Program-made: the position numbers and the translations under genes
In this document: piece after piece, positions 10,319-18,884 of the stretch
Layout: the number at the start of each line of letters is the position of its first letter
Numbering within the stretch: the stretch's first letter is position 1
The notes under the pieces: model-generated
What the model was told of the DNA's origin: nothing
Database searches by the model: none
What the model saw: only the letters and a program-made list of their open reading frames with translations
NCBI RefSeq assembly: GCF_000981785.2
Contig: NZ_CP011304.1
Location: 2,640,001 to 2,672,000 of the forward strand
Direction: 5' to 3'
Source: Microcystis aeruginosa NIES-2549
GTDB taxonomy: Bacteria > Cyanobacteriota > Cyanobacteriia > Cyanobacteriales > Microcystaceae
Length of the DNA stretch: 32,000 nt

Positions 10319-10518
10319 GTCGATTGGGTTGAGGCACGAAACCCAACAATACACCCAAGTAAACTACTGTAGGTTGGGTTGAGGCACGAAACCCAACAAT
10401 ACACCCAAGTAAACCCAACAAAAAGATTCAGACGGATTTAGGTGTTGGGTGTTGGGTTTCGCTTTTCCTGAGAATTGAGAGGTTTTCTTTAACATATTTA
10501 TTCGCTCAACCCAACCTA
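10319..10518. repeat. Cassette-boundary element, copy C (left arm tandemly duplicated)
   Basis: The 50-bp module ttgggttgaggcacgaaacccaacaatacacccaagtaaac occurs twice (about 10322-10364 and 10372-10414), followed by the common core. It lies 6 nt beyond the stop of the 1016-aa gene. Confidence 0.9.
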
Positions 10519-10524
10519 CGAAAC

Positions 10525-13500
10525 TTATCCCCCTAATTGTTGTAAAAGTTGCATCACCTTTTCATAAGCAGCCATATTATTCTGTTGGCGGAATAATATA
10601 GCTGCTTGTTGTAGATCAATTTTTGCTTTTTCGGGTTGTCCTAATATGGCATATAAACCACCACGACCTAAGTAAGCCTTAGCATCATTAGGATTAATTT
10701 CAATAGCTTTGTTGTAGTCAGAGAGGGCTAATTCGTATTTTTTTTGCTCAAAGTAAAGAACCCCCCGATTGACGTAAGCCTCAGCATAATTAGGATTAAT
10801 TTCAATAGCTTTGTTCCAGTCAGCTAAAGCTAAATCGTATTTTTCTTGGAGACGGTAAAGAACCCCCCGATTGTAGTAAGTCCCAGCAAGATTACGATTA
10901 ATTTCAATAGCTTTGCTGTAGTCAGAGAGGGCTAAATCGTATTTTTCTTGGAGACGGTAAAGAACCCCCCGATTGACGTAAGCCTCAGCTAAATTAGGAT
11001 TAATGTCAATAGCTTTGCTGTAGTCAGAGAGGGCTAAATCGTATTTCTGCAAGTCTTTGTAAAGAAGCCCCCGATTGTTGTAAGCCTCAGCATAATTAGG
11101 ATTAAGTTCAATGGCTTTGTTGATGTCAGAGAGGGCTAATTCGTATTTCTGCAAGTCATAGTAAATATTCCCCCGATTGTAGTAAGCCTCAGCATAATTA
11201 GGATTAATGTCAATGGCTTTGTTGATGTCAGAGAGGGCTAATTCGTATTTCTGCTGGTTATAGTAAACACCCCCCCGATTGTAGTAAAGTATAGCAAAAT
11301 TAGGATTAATTTCAATGGCTTTGTCGTAGTCAGCTAAAGCTAAATCGTATTTCTGCAAGTCATAGTAAAGATTCCCACGATTGTTATAAGCATTAGCATG
11401 ATTAGGATTAAGTTTAATAGCTTTGTTGTAGTCATCTAATGCTAATTCGTATTTTTGTTGGCGACGGTAAAGAATCCCTCGATTGACATACCAAGCAGCA
11501 CGGGGAGCGAGATCAATTGCCTGAGTAATCGCCGCTAATCCCTCATCATAGCGTTTTAATTCACTTAATACTGCCCATTTCTCATTATAGTAATTGGGGT
11601 TATTGGGAACCAGAGAAATCGCCTGATTAATCACCGTTAATGCTTGCTCATAATTTTCTCTGGCTTCTCTTTCTGTACCTGCAATTTTTGAGAAGTCACC
11701 TAAAAAGCGATAAACTACACTTTGCCGTTGTAAAATACTACTGTGAAACTTCTTTAAATTTTCCCGTTTAGGTAAGGTATTAATCGCTTGTTGCAAAGCT
11801 TCTATAGCTGGTTGATGTTCGCGTAATTCAAATAACGCTAATCCCTTACCATACCAGGCTAAATAGACATTATCGGGGTCATTTTGCTTAATCGCTTCAT
11901 CAAAGGCTTTAATTGCTTCCTGATCCCTTGCTAACCGCCATAATTGTCCCCCCCTTTGTATCCAAATATCCGCCTTCGCATTGGTATTAGGGACAATAAC
12001 ACCAGTAATCGCTTGAATAATTTCTTGTTGTTGTTGCGGACTAACTTGGGGTTGAGCAGTGGTTAATAATTGCGGTTTTACCTTCAATCTTTCTTGCAAT
12101 CCGATAAAAGTGCTAATAGGAATCCCTAAACTATACCCTAACTGAATTTCCGTTACCCCTGCTCCTTCTGAACGTCCATGAATCCCTATTACTCTCCCCT
12201 GAGAGTCTAAGACTGCACCGCCACTCATGCCCCCAAATGTGATGCTGGTATAAACTAATTCATAGCCCCCGGTTAAAGAAGCAACACTTTGTAATGTTCC
12301 ACTTTGTTGCGTGCTTAAGTCACTTTGGCGGGTTAGTAGTAATCCCAGTTCTTTATCGAGAATTATACCGCCACTAAACAACCATTTCGAGGGATTGTCG
12401 CCAATTTTGGGGAAGCCTGCCGCAAAAACAAAATCACTGGTATTTGGGTTATAATTCGCTATTTCCGCAACGGGATAATTGTCCTGGCTTTCAAACTGAA
12501 AAACTGCTAAATCTACCCCTTTCTGCCGGATGATGGTGCTTTTCTCGATGTTTCGAGTTTTGCCGTCGCTGGTGACGACGGTGTAGGTGAAATTGAGACA
12601 AGGTTTACTTGCAGCATCTTGACTTTTTTTCTTCTCACATAATACATGGTCTGCGGTTAAAACCGTGTAAATATTGCCTTTTTTAGCGATAATTACGCCA
12701 CTTCCATTGGCTGTACTGCTACTATCAATCCGCACGGTGAAACCCTTGGCTTTTGTTTCTAATTCGGCGATATAGTCAGTAGGGGCGGTGGTTTCTATAT
12801 CGGGGTTCACCTGCGGTAGGGGCAGGTTATAGGCGCTGAGGATTTCGGGCCGGATGTAGGTTAATAGGGTATGAAGGGAAATGCCCCAGTTAACCGCTCT
12901 CATCTGTTGGATTTCTGCGTCTGTGGGTTTCGTACCGTCTTCGTAGATGTAGTTAGAGAGAATCGGATGGGCCGATCGCCCGTTAATGCCGATTAACTCC
13001 CCATCGACAAAAATGCCGCCGCCACTCATTCCCTGCACGATATCGCCACTATAACCGACGCTGTAGCCTTCCCGGAGGGGTCGATCGCTCACCTGTTCGA
13101 GGGTTCCCTTTGTCGTCCGATACTGTCCCGTTTCGGCAACATATCCCGCGGCCACCACTTCTAAACCGATCCTGTCTTGATTGGGGGTAAACTCCGCGAT
13201 GGTGGCGATCGGATAATCCCGGGTATCGCTAAACTCCACGAGGGCCAGATCCTTATCTTCCAAAAGGGAATTCGGCGCGATCGAGGCTGTGCGGGTTTGG
13301 CCGTCGTGGGTTTGGATCTGTAGGGTGGTCGCGCCGCGGGTAACGTGAGCGTTGGTCAAAACGAGGTATATACTGCCTTTTTTCCCGATAATGATTCCCG
13401 ATCCCCGATTTATCTCGCTAGTAATCTTAACAGTGACTTGACGGATCGATCGCTCGATCTGCGCGTTTGGGCTGTCTTCCGCCACGATCGCCGGAGCAGA

Positions 13501-13575
13501 GAAAGGGGATAGCGCTTTAACTGGTACGACGGGCAGAAGTAGGAGGCTTAGGAGTAGGGGAAAGGGTTTCAACAT
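10525..13575 (-). CDS. Secreted twin trypsin-like (S1) serine protease fused to a long TPR array
   Basis: 1016 aa with a signal peptide. Domain 1 triad contexts are LTNAHV, DLALVEF and GMSGGGIF. Domain 2 contexts are LTADHV, DLAVFQF and GGMSGGAV. At least 12 34-aa TPRs follow (YNNRG.LY...KY.LAL.DY.KAIE.NPN). It is a paralog of 19957-23136. Confidence 0.85.
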   Translation of the reverse strand: MLKPFPLLLSLLLLPVVPVKALSPFSAPAIVAEDSPNAQIERSIRQVTVKITSEINRGSGIIIGKKGSIYLVLTNAHVTRGATTLQIQTHDGQTRTASIAPNSLLEDKDLALVEFSDTRDYPIATIAEFTPNQDRIGLEVVAAGYVAETGQYRTTKGTLEQVSDRPLREGYSVGYSGDIVQGMSGGGIFVDGELIGINGRSAHPILSNYIYEDGTKPTDAEIQQMRAVNWGISLHTLLTYIRPEILSAYNLPLPQVNPDIETTAPTDYIAELETKAKGFTVRIDSSSTANGSGVIIAKKGNIYTVLTADHVLCEKKKSQDAASKPCLNFTYTVVTSDGKTRNIEKSTIIRQKGVDLAVFQFESQDNYPVAEIANYNPNTSDFVFAAGFPKIGDNPSKWLFSGGIILDKELGLLLTRQSDLSTQQSGTLQSVASLTGGYELVYTSITFGGMSGGAVLDSQGRVIGIHGRSEGAGVTEIQLGYSLGIPISTFIGLQERLKVKPQLLTTAQPQVSPQQQQEIIQAITGVIVPNTNAKADIWIQRGGQLWRLARDQEAIKAFDEAIKQNDPDNVYLAWYGKGLALFELREHQPAIEALQQAINTLPKRENLKKFHSSILQRQSVVYRFLGDFSKIAGTEREARENYEQALTVINQAISLVPNNPNYYNEKWAVLSELKRYDEGLAAITQAIDLAPRAAWYVNRGILYRRQQKYELALDDYNKAIKLNPNHANAYNNRGNLYYDLQKYDLALADYDKAIEINPNFAILYYNRGGVYYNQQKYELALSDINKAIDINPNYAEAYYNRGNIYYDLQKYELALSDINKAIELNPNYAEAYNNRGLLYKDLQKYDLALSDYSKAIDINPNLAEAYVNRGVLYRLQEKYDLALSDYSKAIEINRNLAGTYYNRGVLYRLQEKYDLALADWNKAIEINPNYAEAYVNRGVLYFEQKKYELALSDYNKAIEINPNDAKAYLGRGGLYAILGQPEKAKIDLQQAAILFRQQNNMAAYEKVMQLLQQLGG

Positions 13576-13614
13576 GGTTATTATGGGGAAATTCGGGGTA
13601 AAACAGCGAAAATT

Positions 13615-14223
13615 CTAGCGGGTGGGAACGCAATTATTTTGCGGGCCAGCAGATCTCGTACCACAGGGTGCGTCGCGATCGGCGAGTGGTGCTTTGGCGA
13701 AAAACTCCGTCATCGAGATATAGGTTTTATCTCCGGAATTCTGGAGGAGCATATCCGAGCTTTTCCCCTCTAGGATGTCCATGAGTTGTTGCAAGACTAA
13801 ATCTGGATTGTCGTGGGGTTTAAGGGTAAAAAGTTGGCTATTACCATCGCAGGGATCGCCGGATCGTGAAACGCTGCAGATGATCGGGTATCCCTTCGCC
13901 CGGCCGGTGGTGAGATAGTTAAAACGCCCTTGATTATAGGCTTCCTGGAATTTTTTCGTGACTTCCTCGCAACGAACCGGGGAACGTTTGGAGAAATATT
14001 CCGATTTCCAGCCGATAATCCGCACATTGCCGCTCCTTTGGGGAATCCAAGCCAGGGTAGCGGGGATTTTTCCTCCCGATGCGCGATCGAACACCTCTTT
14101 ACAGAAGAAGGTGACGCCATTCGGGGTGGTCGATTGGCTGAAACCGGGGGCGATACCACCGAGGAGGACAGTGGCGAGGAGGCCGACGCAAGCGAGACGG
14201 TGGGAAATATATCTAGAGTTCAT
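13615..14223 (-). CDS. COP23-domain (circadian oscillating protein 23-like) secreted protein
   Basis: 202 aa with a signal peptide. The FFC...PATLAW...IIGWKSEYF...RCEEV..KFQ...LTTG...GYPIIC...C...QLFTLKP pattern matches my memory of the cyanobacteria-specific COP23 family. Confidence 0.65.
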   Translation of the reverse strand: MNSRYISHRLACVGLLATVLLGGIAPGFSQSTTPNGVTFFCKEVFDRASGGKIPATLAWIPQRSGNVRIIGWKSEYFSKRSPVRCEEVTKKFQEAYNQGRFNYLTTGRAKGYPIICSVSRSGDPCDGNSQLFTLKPHDNPDLVLQQLMDILEGKSSDMLLQNSGDKTYISMTEFFAKAPLADRDAPCGTRSAGPQNNCVPTR

Positions 14224-14282
14224 AGGGATAGTTCCTCAGAAAATAGGGATTAGAATCGTGATTAGGGTCAAAATGGGATTAT

Positions 14283-15383
14283 TTAAGGGTTAGCGGCGGC
14301 GTTGAGGGTGTAGCGACCCGATTCACCCCCTTCGCGAGAGGTAGCCACTAGGATATAAACTCCATCGGCAGGTAATTCGGTTACAAGTCGAGCGTTAAAA
14401 TCCCCGGGGGCGCGATCGACGCGCTGGTTACTACGGGCGACCTGTGGGTATTTTGTCCCCTCGGAAGATTGGAAAACGCGATAGAGGACAAGATAGGGAG
14501 CGATCTCGTTGCTGTTCATATCCAGAACGATTTTCTGTCCGGCACGACCCTCGAACCCGTAATATTGTTGGTTTTGGTCTTTGGTCAAGTTGCCTTGAAC
14601 GGTCTGACCGTTAAGAGGGAGGGCGAGTAACTGTACCTGATCGTCCTGTCCTAATGTTGAGACGGTGGAGACATCACCTGTTTTAACTGCGGTGAGGAAA
14701 GCTTGCAGGCGATCGAGGGAAACGGCGAAATTAATGCCGCTCTGGGTAAGGCCGATCGGGTTTCCCGCACCGTCGTAAACGTAACTCCCGATATCGCCTG
14801 CGACGTTAACCCCCACCACTTCCCCCCGTGAATTCAAAAGCGGCCCGCCGGAATTGCCTTTGTTGATATTAGCGTTGTGTTGCACAATGCCTTTTTCGGG
14901 GTCGAGACGGCTGATAATGCCCTGGGTGAGGGTGTTTTGATAGTCCTCGTTTAAGGGTGTGCCGATGACGAAAACGCTTTCGCCGACTTTGGCGGAGTTC
15001 GCACGGGCCAGGGGAAGATAGGGCAGGTTTTGGCGGTTATAAATCCGCAGGACGGCTAAATCCACGCCATTTTTAGCGAAGCCGATCACGTCTGCCGAGG
15101 CCTGCTGTCCGTTGGAAAATTTCACCGTCACCACCCGCGGTCCGTCCGCAACAACGTGGGCGTTGGTAATGATGATACCGTCGGGACTGACGAGAAAGCC
15201 GCTACCGTGGCCGCTGCCATTTTTGACGGTGACGACGGCGGGGCTGGCTTTCTGATAGACTCTAGAAGCGGTCTGCTCCTGCGCGAGGATGGGTGGAACG
15301 TTTTCCATCAGGAAGTTTCCCGGTTGAACGAGTAGGCCAGTGGTGGCCAGTAGCACCGATAGGGTGAAAGTAATTGGTTTCAT
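14283..15383 (-). CDS. Secreted trypsin-like/HtrA-like S1 serine protease with a C-terminal PPC-like beta domain
   Basis: 366 aa with a signal peptide. Triad contexts are ITNAHVV, DLAVLRI and GNSGGPLL. The C-terminal roughly 110 aa (YYGFEGRAGQKIVLDM...GVYILVATS...GRYTL) resembles a pre-peptidase C-terminal domain. No PDZ domain is evident. Confidence 0.8.
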   Translation of the reverse strand: MKPITFTLSVLLATTGLLVQPGNFLMENVPPILAQEQTASRVYQKASPAVVTVKNGSGHGSGFLVSPDGIIITNAHVVADGPRVVTVKFSNGQQASADVIGFAKNGVDLAVLRIYNRQNLPYLPLARANSAKVGESVFVIGTPLNEDYQNTLTQGIISRLDPEKGIVQHNANINKGNSGGPLLNSRGEVVGVNVAGDIGSYVYDGAGNPIGLTQSGINFAVSLDRLQAFLTAVKTGDVSTVSTLGQDDQVQLLALPLNGQTVQGNLTKDQNQQYYGFEGRAGQKIVLDMNSNEIAPYLVLYRVFQSSEGTKYPQVARSNQRVDRAPGDFNARLVTELPADGVYILVATSREGGESGRYTLNAAANP

Positions 15384-15526
15384 CGGGTTGGCTCCTCTTT
15401 AGTCGAGGGATACTTGCAAGGATGTTATCGTTGGTTTTTTCCCAATTATGCGATTAAGTTTTAAGTCTTCAGATTGCTTTTTTCACAAAAGTTTAGAGGG
15501 GGAGAGCGATCGCTCTCCCTTGCAAC

Positions 15527-16021
15527 TTACGCACCTATCTGCCGTAGTGCTTCTATGGCGCTGTTGTACATTTCTGGGTTTCCCTGCTGGCGAAATAATT
15601 CGGCGGCCGTTGTTAGATCGGCGATCGCATTTTGTCTCTGGTTAAATGCGAGATGGACGTATCCGCGGAAATGGTAAGCGTAGGCAGCGCGGGGGTTTAG
15701 TCGGATCGCGGTGTTCAGGTCTTGAAACGCCGGCCGCCATTGTTCACGAATCGTGTAAATCATGCCCCGACCGAGGTAAGCTTCGGTATAGTCCGGATCG
15801 AGTTCGATCGCTCTGTTGAATTGAGCGAGGGCGAGATCATATTTTTCCTGTTGGATGTAGTTAATTCCCCGGTTAAAGTGGGCGATCGCTTTTTTGTAGT
15901 TCGCTTGAGTGATCAGGGTTTCGACTGGTTGTCGGCTTTCTAGGGCCATAACGGGGCGAACAGTGGCGAGGGTGGAGAGGCCGAGCAGGCTGACGGTGGT
16001 GAGAAGGGCAAAGGATTTCAT
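15527..16021 (-). CDS. Small secreted TPR protein
   Basis: 164 aa with a signal peptide and 3-4 TPRs (YDLALAQFNRAIELDPDY...). Its C-terminal tail AAELFRQQGNPEMYNSAIEALRQIGA is shared with the large TPR proteins. Confidence 0.8.
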   Translation of the reverse strand: MKSFALLTTVSLLGLSTLATVRPVMALESRQPVETLITQANYKKAIAHFNRGINYIQQEKYDLALAQFNRAIELDPDYTEAYLGRGMIYTIREQWRPAFQDLNTAIRLNPRAAYAYHFRGYVHLAFNQRQNAIADLTTAAELFRQQGNPEMYNSAIEALRQIGA

Positions 16022-16199
16022 GGGTAGTGCCTCGGTGAGGGTGATTTGAACTTCTACCTAATTCATCGGTTGTTTTTTTGGGAATATGCAGAATAGGGCA
16101 ATCAATTTTTTTTCCTTTCGGGTACAAAAGGAAAAAGCGCGGCAATCGGCATCGCTTTGTTATCATTTAGTGAAAAATACTTGTTTTTTTTGATGCAAT

Positions 16200-16757
16200 A
16201 TGGTAAGCAAATCCCCGACGATTACTGATGCGGAATTAATTCGCCTCAGTTGTCAGAACCCGGAATTAGGCTTTGAACGCAATGCAGATGGAACGTTAGT
16301 CACTATGCCCCCGATCGGAAGTATTTCAGCGAATCGAGAACTGAAAGCCGGCGCTCGCCTGCTCTACTGGGTCGAACAGAACGGGTTAGGAGAGGTATTT
16401 AGTTCTAGCGGCGGTTTTAAACTGGCCAATAGCGCGGTACGCTCTCCCGATGTGGCTTTCGTGGCGAGAGAACGTTTACCGTCCGGTTGGCAGGAAAGGG
16501 AGGATGAATTTCTCGATCTCGCGCCGGATTTCGTGATCGAGATCCGTTCTAAAACCGATAGTTTATCCAAGTTAAAGCGGAAAATGGAGGAGTATCGGGA
16601 GAACGGGGTGAAGTTAGGATGGTTGATTGATCGCCACAATAAACAGGCTTTCGTCTACCGTCAGGACGGGACGATTACCTGTTATCCCGAGAACGCGATT
16701 TTAAGCGGGGAAGATGTGGTTCCGGGGTTCACCCTAGCGCTAGAAATCTTGCTGTAA
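16200..16757 (+). CDS. Uma2-family (DUF820) PD-(D/E)xK putative endonuclease
   Basis: 185 aa. The pattern PDVAF...DLAPDFVIEIRS...K...Y...GVKLGWLID is typical of Uma2 proteins, which are abundant in cyanobacteria. Confidence 0.8.
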   Translation: MVSKSPTITDAELIRLSCQNPELGFERNADGTLVTMPPIGSISANRELKAGARLLYWVEQNGLGEVFSSSGGFKLANSAVRSPDVAFVARERLPSGWQEREDEFLDLAPDFVIEIRSKTDSLSKLKRKMEEYRENGVKLGWLIDRHNKQAFVYRQDGTITCYPENAILSGEDVVPGFTLALEILL

Positions 16758-16802
16758 GATCGATCGCTTTTTTCGGGGTGAGATTCAAAATCGATCGAGT
16801 AT

Positions 16803-16935
16803 CTAGACCGCGCCTAATTGCCGTAGGAATTGCAGGGCTTTTTCGCGTGCTGGCGCGTTCCCTTGCTGGCGGAACAGTTCGGCGGCTTGTCGGAAATCCT
16901 CGATCGCTTTTTCCTTGTCTAGCCGATAGACGTAA
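16803..16935 (-). pseudogene. Orphan 3' fragment of a TPR gene (last roughly 43 codons)
   Basis: YVYRLDKEKAIEDFRQAAELFRQQGNAPAREKALQFLRQLGAV* is homologous to the C-terminal tails at 15527, 10525 and 19957. Everything upstream is replaced by repeat copy D. The 62- and 88-aa track ORFs here read through repeat DNA. Confidence 0.65.
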
Positions 16936-16937
16936 GG

Positions 16938-17066
16938 AACCCCAACAATAGACCCAAGGAAACCCAACAAAAAGGAAACCCAACAATACACCCAAGGAAA
17001 CCCAACAAAAAGATTCAGACGGATTTAGATTTTGGGTGTTGGGTTTCGCTCCGATGACCCAACCTA
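16938..17066. repeat. Cassette-boundary element, copy D (multiplied left-arm modules, internal deletion of the core)
   Basis: Several (g)gaaacccaacaa modules are followed by agattcagacggatttagattttgggtgttgggtttcgct, which joins directly to gacccaaccta. The roughly 55-bp cctgagaattgagagg...tattcgc block is missing. Confidence 0.8.
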
Positions 17067-17212
17067 GGAAAGGATGCGATCGCTTTTCGTTCTCTAAAAC
17101 AGTGATCGCACCAAGATGACAAGCACTGTAGCATAACCCACCGAATATTATAAAATTGATGGTGCGTTACATTTCATGCTTGGCGAAATCCGGCAAAATA
17201 AGCTTTAACCTC

Positions 17213-17449
17213 ATGCCAGAAATTTTCAGACTGGAAGGCTATGTTTTCTTTTTCTATGCCAATGAAGGCAATGAACCCATGCACGTTCACGTTCGACGGG
17301 GCGGCGGATATGCTAAATTTTGGCTAGAGCCGCTAGAATTGGATTATGCTAAAGGTCTAAAAACCAAAGAAATTGTTCGGGCTGAAGTTATCATTACAGA
17401 AAATATAGAAATAATACGGAGGAAATGGCACGATGTATTTGGTACATGA
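17213..17449 (+). CDS. DUF4160-family small protein
   Basis: MPEIFRLEGYVFFFYANEGNEPMHVHV... is the characteristic DUF4160 N-terminus. I prefer the ATG at 17213 over the track start at 17156. It overlaps the next ORF by 17 nt. Confidence 0.7.
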   Translation: MPEIFRLEGYVFFFYANEGNEPMHVHVRRGGGYAKFWLEPLELDYAKGLKTKEIVRAEVIITENIEIIRRKWHDVFGT

Positions 17450-17681
17450 AAGCATAGTAAAAGCTCAAAAAGTTTGGGTTGAAGATAAATGGATTTGTAT
17501 TCGTTTAGAAGACGATAGAGAAATTCGTTTTCCTGCTTATAAAAATAAACGCTTATCAAAAGCAACCTTTGAACAATTAGCAGAGGTTGAGTTAATTTGT
17601 GATGGCACGGGATTACATTGGGAAACCTTAGATGAGGATTTGTCCATCATTGGCATTTTAGAAGGAAGATTGGGTGCTTAA
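17433..17681 (+). CDS. DUF2442-family small protein (partner of DUF4160)
   Basis: 82 aa. The ...V....L.IRLEDDREIRFP......L..AT..QL..VELI.DGTGLHWE.LDEDLS pattern is typical of DUF2442, and the pairing with DUF4160 is typical. Confidence 0.7.
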   Translation: MYLVHESIVKAQKVWVEDKWICIRLEDDREIRFPAYKNKRLSKATFEQLAEVELICDGTGLHWETLDEDLSIIGILEGRLGA

Positions 17682-17717
17682 ATGTTAAATGCTTAAAAAA
17701 AATCGGCTCTACCGAAC

Positions 17718-17867
17718 CTAGTAATCATAGCAATTATCGTCGATTGGGTTGACCCAAGGAAACCCAAAAAAAAGATTCAGACAGATTTAGGTGTTGGGTG
17801 TTGGGTTGCGCTTTTCCTGAGAATTGAGAGGTTTTCTTTAACATATTTATTCGCTCAACCCAACCTA
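17718..17867. repeat. Cassette-boundary element, copy E (complete, extended left flank)
   Basis: It shares tagtaatcatagcaattatcgtcgattgggttgaccc...caacccaaccta with copy F. The hepT stop codon (cta at 17865-17867) is the last 3 nt of the element. Confidence 0.9.
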
Positions 17868-18203
17868 AGAAACTGATTCTAGATATCTTAAAATCTGTTC
17901 TTTCAAATCATCCAAATAATTTTCTACCACCTCCCAAACTGTATTAAGGTCAATTCCCCCTAAATAATCATGTACTAAAATATTCCTAAAACCAGAAATA
18001 TTACGCCAGTCAACATCGGGAATATTGACCTTTAATTCCTCCGAAAGCCGTTGAGTTGATTCTGCCAAAGTTTGTAAGCGTCTAATGATAGCATCGCTGA
18101 TCATTGAATTAGCAAAAAACTCCTGTTTTCCTCCTTGGGAATAGTCCTTAATTTTATCAATACAGTCTAAAATGTATTCAAGATAAACTTGATCTTCATT
18201 CAT
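17865..18203 (-). CDS. hepT: HepT-like (DUF86) RNase toxin
   Basis: 112 aa with the R(x4)HxY motif in FRNILVHDY. There is an ATGA start/stop overlap with mntA. Confidence 0.85.
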   Translation of the reverse strand: MNEDQVYLEYILDCIDKIKDYSQGGKQEFFANSMISDAIIRRLQTLAESTQRLSEELKVNIPDVDWRNISGFRNILVHDYLGGIDLNTVWEVVENYLDDLKEQILRYLESVS

Positions 18204-18493
18204 AACTTAATTGCCTCCTTTAAGATTCGCTGTTTAATTAGATGATGAAGGCTTTTTTCAGTTACTACATCCACTTTACACCCTAAGAGAGCCTCTAAAT
18301 CAACTAATAATCCACCTGGAAACCAAGGGGACGTTTTAGCTAAATCATAATCAATTAAAAAATCAATATCACTATTTTCGGTTTCCTCACCTCTAGCAAC
18401 GGAACCAAATACACGCACATTAAAAGCACCATGTTTGGTGGCAATTTTTAGGATATCCTCTCGTTTGTCTTGTATGAGTTGTTTTAAGGTCAT
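18200..18493 (-). CDS. mntA: MntA-type nucleotidyltransferase antitoxin
   Basis: VRVFGSVARGEETENSDIDFLIDY is the minimal nucleotidyltransferase GS...DxD motif. I prefer the start MTLKQL at 18493 over the track start at 18529. Confidence 0.85.
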   Translation of the reverse strand: MTLKQLIQDKREDILKIATKHGAFNVRVFGSVARGEETENSDIDFLIDYDLAKTSPWFPGGLLVDLEALLGCKVDVVTEKSLHHLIKQRILKEAIKL

Positions 18494-18579
18494 AAAATAA
18501 CATCCCTCCCGAAGGTTTTTAATGAACAATTAACAGACTAGACTAGAAAAAACTAAATACTGATAACTCACCCCCCCAC

Positions 18580-18722
18580 TTATTGCCCTAATTTGCGTAA
18601 AAGTTGCATCACCTTTTCATAAGTTGCCATATTATTCTGCTGGTAGAATATTATAGCTGCTTGTTCTAGGTCAATTTTTGCTTTTTCGGTTTGTTTTAAT
18701 TTGGCATATAAAAGACCACGAC
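18580..18722 (-). pseudogene. Orphan 3' fragment of a twin-trypsin-TPR gene (last roughly 47 codons)
   Basis: GLLYAKLKQTEKAKIDLEQAAIIFYQQNNMATYEKVMQLLRKLGQ*. By eye, the DNA is roughly 90% identical to 19957-20097. The 99-aa track ORF is a chimera that reads on into a hicB fragment and a MITE. Confidence 0.75.
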
Positions 18723-18751
18723 TACTGACCTTATGAACGATGGCTAAATAA

Positions 18752-18884
18752 GGGACTTGCGTGCGAATAATATCCCAATTGATCGGAGGGCGCAAGCTTT
18801 GCGCCCCTACAGTAACCGATTTTGTCCACAATGTAGGGGCGAACTGCGTTCGCCCAAAAGGTACATTATCAAAGCGCAAGTCCC
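18752..18884. mobile_element. 133-bp MITE with 10-bp terminal inverted repeats and a TAA target duplication
   Basis: TIR gggacttgcg (18752-18761) and its reverse complement cgcaagtccc (18875-18884). It is flanked by taa (18749-18751) and taa (18885-18887). Internal GC hairpins are gggcgcaagctttgcgccc and ggggcgaactgcgttcgccc. Confidence 0.75.

Noticed and set aside
10109-10372. 87-aa + strand ORF.
   Set aside because: It runs antisense to the 103-aa ORF and the toxin remnant and continues into repeat copy C. I saw no motif and no plausible start context.
10630-11500. The 102-bp periodic DNA repeats read as a non-coding satellite or minisatellite (also at 20060-21050).
   Set aside because: The periodicity equals one 34-aa TPR and lies inside long open frames with canonical TPR consensus, so it is coding repeat structure.
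13797-16995. Track ORFs 13797-14159, 13930-14253, 13958-14293, 15448-15645, 15474-15677, 15722-15943, 15873-16166, 16364-16639, 16729-16995, and the N-terminal part of 16803-16991.
   Set aside because: They are shadow frames of the COP23, TPR and Uma2 genes, or reads through repeat copy D. Only the last roughly 43 codons of 16803-16991 show homology, to TPR tails.
17344-17565. 73-aa - strand ORF.
   Set aside because: It is antisense to the DUF4160/DUF2442 pair, AT-rich and low-complexity.
18580-18879. 99-aa ORF taken at face value as a gene.
   Set aside because: It is a chimera that reads through MITE hairpins, a hicB 5' fragment and a TPR 3' fragment. Only the last roughly 47 codons are genuine (orphaned) coding sequence.
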